This document shows positions 54,579 through 61,993 of a stretch of DNA of 64,000 nt, piece after piece. Within the stretch, counting starts at the first letter, position 1. Each line of letters begins with the position of its first letter. A program made the translations under genes and the position numbers. This stretch comes from Parcubacteria group bacterium (GTDB taxonomy: Bacteria; Patescibacteriota; Minisyncoccia; JACPHC01): NCBI GenBank assembly GCA_016188775.1, contig JACPHC010000001.1, positions 45,519-109,518 on the forward strand, given 5' to 3'. A model generated the notes under the pieces. That model was not told the DNA's origin. It made no database searches and saw only the letters and a program-made list of their open reading frames with translations.

Positions 54579-56224
54579 ATTTGCGTTTCTCGTTGCCGTT
54601 TCCGCAGCCACGCAAAGAAAGCAATCGCCGCTACAGCAACAAGCCCCAAAGCGAGCCAAAAAATCCAATACGAAGACGCGCCTTCGGGAGCAATGCTAAA
54701 TTGCGCTTCAAAAACATCTTTTACGCCTGCCCGTCCGGCAGACGAGTCCGAATCGTAAAGCGTACGAAGAAGCAGGGTGTAGGACCCGGGGGCGAGCTCG
54801 TTTGCGTCAAGAAATCGCTTTACAAATACTGCTTCGGTCTGGACGGTTGTCGTATCAACGCTCTTCCATAATTCCTGCCCATCTCCGCCGATGATTGAGA
54901 ATGTCATTTCAACCGATGCGGGCACGCGACCAAAACTTTCAAAAGTTACGCGCGCGACCAAATCCACAATCCGCGCTACGCTCGCGCGATCCAAAAACAA
55001 CCGAATATCAAAAAGCGCTTCCGGGATCGTTTCTTCGGGAGACGCCCCGGTTTCTTCCGGAACCGCTTCTGTTCCTGCCGCCATGCCAGCTGAAGCTTGA
55101 CCTACCTGTCCGGCAGGCAGACTTGGTGTTGTTCCGGGAAACGGTCCGATGGCCGGCGCCGGAATAGAAAAGAATGGTTGTAGGAATGACGGCAAATCAG
55201 ACGCGGAGAAGATGCCAAAGAGCGTCAAATGATTAACCGAGAAAATCGCGCTATTTCCAGAAAAGACCGCATCGGATATTTTTACCCACAATCCTTGCCC
55301 TTCGTCAAAATAATACACGCCAAGGTCGCTCCTGCCCTGCAAGCTATTGGGAATAGTGAGGGTAATTTGTATTGGCTTTAAAAATGTGTGTATTAAATTT
55401 CCCGCGCTATCGCGCGCGACAACATTAAATAATACTTCTCCAAGCACGACTACGGTTGATACGCTCACATCTACCGATGCGGGCCGTTCAGAAGCAATAA
55501 TCGTCAGCTCGTCCGTCGCAATAACATTGCTTGGCACCTCTACTCTTATCGTTTTGCCATCGGTAAGGTTTTGCGTAAGAGTGCCTGACTGCGCCGGGAA
55601 AAGCCTCATCGGCACATCATAAGCTTCAATGCGCGCGGGAACGGCTTGACCGCCCGATCCGGTAACTGTCGGCGGAAAGAATCCGCCTCCTCCCCCGCCA
55701 CCACCGCCTGAAGACACTGAAGGAGGGGTGGTTGCAGCCCTAAAATTCGCTGGTCGGAAATCGGTACGCACATCACAATTCGCGCAATCAAAAGTGAGCG
55801 TGCCAACAATCGAACCCGTTGCTTGACCAATGAATTTACCCGACGAGTTGATTGACACGCCGGAAAAATTTATCCAGCCCAAGCTCGATCCCCACGCGTA
55901 TCCAGAAAGCGCGCCGGCAGCCGAAACCTTCACGCCAACATTGGTAGAAGCGCTGGTCGGCGCCATATTGATCCAGCCATAATTTGCATTCCATGCGTAA
56001 CCACTCATGCTTGCCTCGCCGGCAGGCGAGCCGCTATCAGTAATATGAATGTTGCCGTTTGTAACGCCAAAATTGACCCAGCCCGTCTGGTCACTCCAAG
56101 CAAAACCCGCGTTCCCGCCGGTAATAATAGTGCCGTCTGTTTCGGAAGCATAAGCGAGATTCGCCGCGCCAAGCAAAAGCACGAGGGAAAAAAATATTAT
56201 TTTAATGGGGGAAAAACTTTTCAT
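54575..56224 (-). CDS. surface protein with GYAW repeats, a Gly/Pro linker and a C-terminal TM anchor
   Basis: Signal peptide; GFAWSDQTGWVNF, SGYAWNANYGWIN, SGYAWGSSLGWINF; VNHLTLFGI; TM followed by RKRQR. Confidence 0.8.
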   Translation of the reverse strand: MKSFSPIKIIFFSLVLLLGAANLAYASETDGTIITGGNAGFAWSDQTGWVNFGVTNGNIHITDSGSPAGEASMSGYAWNANYGWINMAPTSASTNVGVKVSAAGALSGYAWGSSLGWINFSGVSINSSGKFIGQATGSIVGTLTFDCANCDVRTDFRPANFRAATTPPSVSSGGGGGGGGGFFPPTVTGSGGQAVPARIEAYDVPMRLFPAQSGTLTQNLTDGKTIRVEVPSNVIATDELTIIASERPASVDVSVSTVVVLGEVLFNVVARDSAGNLIHTFLKPIQITLTIPNSLQGRSDLGVYYFDEGQGLWVKISDAVFSGNSAIFSVNHLTLFGIFSASDLPSFLQPFFSIPAPAIGPFPGTTPSLPAGQVGQASAGMAAGTEAVPEETGASPEETIPEALFDIRLFLDRASVARIVDLVARVTFESFGRVPASVEMTFSIIGGDGQELWKSVDTTTVQTEAVFVKRFLDANELAPGSYTLLLRTLYDSDSSAGRAGVKDVFEAQFSIAPEGASSYWIFWLALGLVAVAAIAFFAWLRKRQRETQI

Positions 56225-56227
56225 AGA

Positions 56228-57007
56228 TTAGTTGCCGCCTAAAATAACAAGTATATCCGCCTCCGTATCTTTTTCGCCAGAAGGCAGTTCGGAAGCCGCG
56301 CGTCCTCCGAGAGCCGCGATAAGCGAGTTCACAAGCTGTAATTTTTCCACATCGCGGTTTTTATTTACAACAAGCGTCTCGGAATAATCTTTTTTATGAG
56401 CATCGGTTACTTTTAAAACTTTGTATCCGGCATTCCCGCTGATTTGTTCGGCGATTTGCGAAGCTAAACCATTTTTGCCCGTTCCATTTCTTATTTCTGC
56501 CGTCAATATCGCGGACCCTTGCGGAACGGATGCTGAATTTGCTGTTTCGTTCTGAATATTTGAATTTTGACTTGCCCCGTTAAATTCCAAAAGAATTTGT
56601 TCGGAGTCATTGGGATTTGTTTGGGATTTGCCTGCCCCGTAGGGTCGCGAAGCGTCTCCTTCGGGGGCGCTTGGGATTTGATCATTTCCAACAGCAACCT
56701 GCGGTTGCTGTTGTATAGGTCCCATATTCACAATCATCTTTCGCGATGGCGAATAAAGCACCGCTTTTAAATTACGCGGAAAAAGCAACAGCTGATCGCC
56801 ATTGACCGCGCCGGTAAAAAACGCTTGTTGTTTAATCAGTGTTTCCGCGTCAGTCACGGTTGCGAGCACGGGTTCATCGCCTTCGGGAAGAATCATGAGT
56901 TCCCCAACAGACGCCATTGCCGCGGCCAGTTCTTCTCTGGCTTTTTCTTCCGGCGTCGGTTTGTCAAAAAGATAATATCCGCCAACCGCGAGAACGCCAA
57001 TAAACAA
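56228..57007 (-). CDS. membrane-anchored protein with a C-terminal LytR_C domain (5' end apparently frameshifted)
   Basis: EIRNGTGKNGLA...DILVILG LytR_C signature; LP.GDEPVLATVTD. Confidence 0.75.
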   Translation of the reverse strand: MFIGVLAVGGYYLFDKPTPEEKAREELAAAMASVGELMILPEGDEPVLATVTDAETLIKQQAFFTGAVNGDQLLLFPRNLKAVLYSPSRKMIVNMGPIQQQPQVAVGNDQIPSAPEGDASRPYGAGKSQTNPNDSEQILLEFNGASQNSNIQNETANSASVPQGSAILTAEIRNGTGKNGLASQIAEQISGNAGYKVLKVTDAHKKDYSETLVVNKNRDVEKLQLVNSLIAALGGRAASELPSGEKDTEADILVILGGN

Positions 57008-57296
57008 GAAAACGAATATTGAGCGCCTTTGCGTCTTACCCGTCTTCGCTCCCTCTTCGATTTTAGCTTCGGAAAGGCGCAGTAAAGCTACGGCGGGTAA
57101 GAAAACTAAACGCAGTATGTTTCTTGCAATCTTGCAACTCCTTGGTAAGAAAAAGTTTCGGTGTCTTTATAATTCTCGCTCTGCTTGTCCTCCCTAGCTT
57201 GCTTGTCCGCCAAAGCTTCAGCGTCGGAGGAAGCGGAGGAGGATAAAAATCGTGTTTTTAATTTTGTAGTTATGTTTTCCATAGTAAGGGCTCTTG

Positions 57297-57345
57297 CCCC
57301 GTTAGAGATCGCGAGGGTCCGCAGAGTGTTTCCATCTCTAACGGG
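57297..57345. repeat. CCCGTTAGA-family element (intergenic)
   Basis: ccccgttagagat...atctctaacggg. Confidence 0.8.
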
Positions 57346-57422
57346 ATCTTTGGGTTGCCCCGCCCTCTACGCCAGTAAGTGTCACGCCTAGGCATAGAGA
57401 GCGGGGGGGGGTACCTCCTTGG

Positions 57423-60400
57423 TTAATTTGACGAGGTGGATTCTGGTTGCGCCGCGGGCTCGTCCTGAGCGGAGCCGAAGGATTCCGTAACAGGTTCGGA
57501 CACTGGAGCCGGGACCGGTTCTTCTGCTATCTCTGATGCCACCGGCGCTTCGACTTGTGGTGAGCTTGTCGAATCCACCACCAACTCCGCCGTCGGCGCT
57601 TCATTCACATCTTCAAACGGCACGGTTTCTGCCGGTGTTTCCGACTGTGCCGCTTGCTGTTGTGTTTCCAGTTCTACCGGCGCCGCATCCCCTACCACGC
57701 CAGTCCCGCCAGCTTGTCCTTCGGGATTAGAAAGCGGAGATGACCCTCCAAGCGAGCGGAGTTTTTCCGCCGTCACGCATACAAGCTCATTTGTATTGTC
57801 ATCAACAAGACAGAGTTCATTCGCCGTGAGCCGTCTCCATCCGGACTCAAGAGTAACTAAGAAACCATCAACTTTGTGTACAAACTGCTGGAAAGCGCGA
57901 ACGATGAATGGCACGAATCGGTCGTACTGTAATGCCTTCTTGCCGCCAACATCCGTCACAAGCCCCTTCAATATTTCAATCTGTTCAACATCCTGCGCGA
58001 TGAAGCCGGCGTAAGCGCCATCTTTCACAATGCGTTCGCCATTCTTATCAAGCGCATACTCGCCATTTTCATCTATTACATAATCATCCTCGCTCGGGCC
58101 GTTTAGTATCCAGTCGAACTTCACCGGATCAAGCGCGAGCACCGCGGAAAGCGCGTCTTCGCCGTCAATCGCGCCGATATTTTTCTTGAGTGATTTGTCC
58201 GATGAACACGCGAGCGACGCGGTCTGGCCTTCAATAATACAGCTCATACCAAAGGAGTTTTCGAAGATAGCAAGCGTGGTTGAGGCGTTTGAACTTGCGT
58301 CGGTTACGCGAAGGAGTGTATTAGCAGTTTGCGGCACACTCACCGTCGCAAACCTCACAATCACCACACCCGAGCCACCGTTGCCACCTGAATAATTTGT
58401 AGGAATAGTATTGTTGTATCCTCCGCCTCCGCCTCCGCCACCCGTATTCGCATTGCCATTAGTTCCATTAGCGTCAACTCCTCCCGCGCCGCCACCTCCG
58501 GTACCTCCGGCGCCCGCAGTAGTTGACCCTTGCACATACCCTCCTCCTCCGCCGCCGCCAGCATAAGGAACAGAAGACCCGGTGATGGAGGTTGAAGTTC
58601 CATTTCCTCCTGCTCCGGAAGCGCTTCCGGACGCAGTAGCGCCGACCGCGCCTGCGCCTCCTCCACCTCCCGCAGTGCCATTTGTTGTTGAACCAATACC
58701 ACCGTTGTTTCCTTGACCAGCTATTCCAGTTCCACCTGTAGTTGCAGCACCACGAGCGCCACCACCTGAACCGCCATTACCACCATTAGAAGACATAGCT
58801 GCGCCGCCACCACCGCCAATAGCGGTAATGGTGCCAAAAACAGAATTAGAACCATTGGCCCCATTCACGGAAGATCCAACGCCGCCAGAGCCGCCAGCTC
58901 CTACGGTAACGGTATACGATTGCGCAGTAACGGAGTAAGAGGTGTTTGAAATGTATCCCCCCGCGCCACCGCCACCAGCGATAGCAGAACCACCTCCTCC
59001 GCCACCAGCAACAACTAGAACTTGCACTGAAGTAATACCAGTAGGCGGCGTGAAGCTACCGCTACCATTGTATTGAATGACCGTATCAGTGCCACCAACA
59101 GTCGTGCTGATGATGGTACCGCCGGTGGAGACGAGGCCGGGGTTGATAACTGCAGGAAGCGAACCGATTACCGCTAATTTCGTATTGGAAGAAATAGTTG
59201 AAGTACCAACTGCTACATTACCCGCGTTGTAATAGATATTTGAACCGCTTGTAGTCCACTGTGAACCAGCGCCGAGAGCAGAGCCGTTCCATTTAAGAGT
59301 ACCGCCTTCGTTATAAAGCGCGTTTGTGGTAACGCTCGGTGTGCTTGACGCGAGAGTAAGTCCATTTTGAGAAAGCGTTAGCCCGGTCGCGGTCGTTGTC
59401 GCCAGTGTCAACGCCCCGCTAAATGTTTTGTCTCCCGCAAATGTTTGCGTTGAAGTGGAAACTAATCCTCTGGCTGTCGCGCTCGCGTCCGGCAGATTGA
59501 ACGTATGCGTATTGCCGCTTGAGGTAATACCGAAATTTGCGCCAGCAGTCCCGACGGCAAATGTCTGCGTTGCGGATGTCAATCCGTTCACGGATGTAAT
59601 ACCGGATGAAAGACCAGAAAGCTGATTGCCATTCCAATACAACGTACCGCTTTGATTATAAAGTAAATTAGTTGTCGTACCGGGATTGATTGAAGCGATA
59701 GTAACCCCGCCATTGCTGGTTATCGCGCTGCCGGCCGAAGACGCGCTTGAACTCATCGCGCGGTTCGTTCCGCTATCGGCTACGGCAACATATACACCGT
59801 TGCCAAAAGCAATGCCTTTCCAGTTGCTGTCCGCGGCTGATGTCTGCGTCGTCCAAACAATACCATCGGGTGAAACCATCACGCGATCACCCGTACCGCT
59901 GCTCGCGACTGCCACGAATTGTCCGCCGGCATAAATGACCGAACGCCAGTCATTCTGAGCCGAGGGCGTTCTATTCGTCCAAGTAATGCCATCAGGCGAA
60001 GTTTGAACAAAGCCCATGCCGGGAAGCCCGCCTATCGCCGCGAAAACTCCGTTTCCATACGCTACGGAATAAAAAATTTGGCTATCATCTCCGATTGAAC
60101 GAATAGTCCATGTAATGCCATCAGGCGAAGTCATGGCGCGCTGTCCGCTTCCGCCAACAGCCACAAATAAGCTATTGCCGTAGATTACAGATTGCCATGA
60201 ATTATCTGCCGCGGACACTCTTGATGTCCATGTAATGCCATCGGGCGAAGTCATAATGCGATTACCTGTGCCTGTATTAGAAACTGCCACAAAAAGTCCA
60301 TTGCCATAAGTTACGGACGTCCATTGATTATTTGCGGCCGCCGTACGATTTGTCCATGTAATGCCATCGGGCGAAGTCATAACCGTCCCTGTTCCACTAA

Positions 60401-61556
60401 CACTGCCGACAGCAACAAAGAGGCCGTTGCCGTAAGTCACGGATCGCCAAACACTGGCGGCTGACGCGGATCCTTGCGTCCAAGTTATGCCATCAGGCGA
60501 AGTCGCGACAATATTAGTATCCGGAACCGCCACAAATGTCCCGTTGCCGTACGCCACGGTTTTCCATCCTAATGAACCAGAAATCGCGCGGCTTGTCCAC
60601 GCGCCTTGGGGAATAGTGGATCCGTTTGTCGTAATAGAACCACTGAATGTTTTCGCGCCGGCGAATGTCTGCGTGCTGGTTGACACAAAACCTCTCGCAG
60701 TTGACGAAGCATCAGGTAGAGTATTGGTATCCACAGCGAGAGTATTACTACTCCACGCTAAACCAGTGCCTGCTGTGATCCTGTTTGACGGCGCGTTATA
60801 GAAGGTATCCCAATTGGTCGTTGAGGCCGTAAGCGGAATATTGTAGCCGCTCGTCAAAGCAAATTGGCCGGTTGATGCGCTGTAAGCAAGACCAAGAGCA
60901 TTTGAGGACAAAGCGTTTCTCGCTCTTGCGTCCGTGTAATACAGATTGGCTGATTCCGCGACTGCCGCGGTGTTGAGCGTTTGCCAGGTCTTGTCTCCTC
61001 TGTAGTACGCGGTTGTAGTGGAAGCGGTTATGGCGCTTTCTTTGCTGTTGAACGCTGTCCAATCAGTCGCGGTCAAAAGTCCCCTCACAGTTGAAGTCGC
61101 GCTCGGCAGGTTGAATGTCAGCGCGTTGGTTGAAGTGGAAATAACAAAATCAGTTCCGGTTGTTCCCGCGTTAAAAGTGAAGTTCGGGCCGGAAGCGCCG
61201 TTGATGGTAGTAGTCGCGACAGAAAATGTTGACCACGCGGGCGTTCCGCTCGCGTTTATGGTGAGCGTCTGGCCATTAACGCCGACCGGTATCGCAAGCC
61301 AGCTCGTGCTTGAAGCCGTAACAGCCTGCAAATAAATGAGCGATCCAGACGCAAGTCCCGGCGTAGACGTTGCGACGGAGACTGGGGTTACCACATTGCA
61401 ATTCGAATCCGTAGGCGCGCAGCCGGGATTCAACGTCTCGCCCGGTTGATAAATAATCGCGAATGCCGGCGCGGGAAGGGACGTTAAAAGCATCCCCGCA
61501 ACCATAATAATAGAAACGACTTTTGAAATTACATTTTGTTTACTGTGAGTGATCAT
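57423..61556 (-). CDS. secreted tail-fibre-like protein: Asp-box (BNR-like) repeats, Gly-rich domain and C-terminal S74 intramolecular chaperone
   Basis: Signal peptide; repeated TSPDGITWT; GGGGGG-rich domain ending GGSGVVIVRF; SSDKSLKKNI...GFIAQDVE...LQYDRFVPFIVRAFQQ. Confidence 0.85.
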   Translation of the reverse strand: MITHSKQNVISKVVSIIMVAGMLLTSLPAPAFAIIYQPGETLNPGCAPTDSNCNVVTPVSVATSTPGLASGSLIYLQAVTASSTSWLAIPVGVNGQTLTINASGTPAWSTFSVATTTINGASGPNFTFNAGTTGTDFVISTSTNALTFNLPSATSTVRGLLTATDWTAFNSKESAITASTTTAYYRGDKTWQTLNTAAVAESANLYYTDARARNALSSNALGLAYSASTGQFALTSGYNIPLTASTTNWDTFYNAPSNRITAGTGLAWSSNTLAVDTNTLPDASSTARGFVSTSTQTFAGAKTFSGSITTNGSTIPQGAWTSRAISGSLGWKTVAYGNGTFVAVPDTNIVATSPDGITWTQGSASAASVWRSVTYGNGLFVAVGSVSGTGTVMTSPDGITWTNRTAAANNQWTSVTYGNGLFVAVSNTGTGNRIMTSPDGITWTSRVSAADNSWQSVIYGNSLFVAVGGSGQRAMTSPDGITWTIRSIGDDSQIFYSVAYGNGVFAAIGGLPGMGFVQTSPDGITWTNRTPSAQNDWRSVIYAGGQFVAVASSGTGDRVMVSPDGIVWTTQTSAADSNWKGIAFGNGVYVAVADSGTNRAMSSSASSAGSAITSNGGVTIASINPGTTTNLLYNQSGTLYWNGNQLSGLSSGITSVNGLTSATQTFAVGTAGANFGITSSGNTHTFNLPDASATARGLVSTSTQTFAGDKTFSGALTLATTTATGLTLSQNGLTLASSTPSVTTNALYNEGGTLKWNGSALGAGSQWTTSGSNIYYNAGNVAVGTSTISSNTKLAVIGSLPAVINPGLVSTGGTIISTTVGGTDTVIQYNGSGSFTPPTGITSVQVLVVAGGGGGGSAIAGGGGAGGYISNTSYSVTAQSYTVTVGAGGSGGVGSSVNGANGSNSVFGTITAIGGGGGAAMSSNGGNGGSGGGARGAATTGGTGIAGQGNNGGIGSTTNGTAGGGGGAGAVGATASGSASGAGGNGTSTSITGSSVPYAGGGGGGGYVQGSTTAGAGGTGGGGAGGVDANGTNGNANTGGGGGGGGYNNTIPTNYSGGNGGSGVVIVRFATVSVPQTANTLLRVTDASSNASTTLAIFENSFGMSCIIEGQTASLACSSDKSLKKNIGAIDGEDALSAVLALDPVKFDWILNGPSEDDYVIDENGEYALDKNGERIVKDGAYAGFIAQDVEQIEILKGLVTDVGGKKALQYDRFVPFIVRAFQQFVHKVDGFLVTLESGWRRLTANELCLVDDNTNELVCVTAEKLRSLGGSSPLSNPEGQAGGTGVVGDAAPVELETQQQAAQSETPAETVPFEDVNEAPTAELVVDSTSSPQVEAPVASEIAEEPVPAPVSEPVTESFGSAQDEPAAQPESTSSN

Positions 61557-61736
61557 AGTTTTTTATTGAGTTGCTTGAAATTGCGAGTTTCTTTATATTC
61601 GACATCAGCGGTTCGACCTTTATTATTTTTATTTCTTAATACCGCGATGTTGAACTTCGCAATCTAAGCAATTTGTTTTTTTATTAATTGTTTTTTATTT
61701 TATTTTTTGTCCGCCAGCTGGCGAATTACTTTAAAA

Positions 61737-61898
61737 AATAAAGCCCGACCATTTTGGTTCGGGCTTCAAGAGCCTCTATCCCGCTCTTGGCGGGAAAATT
61801 CTAAATCCTAATTTCTAAACTCTAAACATTAAATCATGCAACATCTCTCACTAATAAAGCCCGCAGACCTTTCGGTTTGCGGGCTTCGTATGAGCCTC
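61737..61898 (-). promoter_or_regulatory. two similar terminator-like hairpin units in the long 5' leader
   Basis: Minus strand gaggctc(n)gaagcccg...cgggctttatt at 61898-61853 and 61776-61737. Confidence 0.6.
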
Positions 61899-61993
61899 AT
61901 TTGACTATATTAAAAGTATACTACATCCATTTTATTAATCAAGTGTGGCGCCTGTGGATAACTTTTTTGCCCTACATACCGCTCTCCGTATCG

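Noticed and set aside
57423-61556. Prophage
   Set aside because: The tail-fibre-like protein has a signal peptide, and no structural, packaging or integrase genes are nearby.
61853-61898. c-di-GMP-I riboswitch (gcaaacc-gaaa-gg)
   Set aside because: Only a partial resemblance; the second stem and tetraloop receptor are not evident. Kept as an unclassified leader motif.
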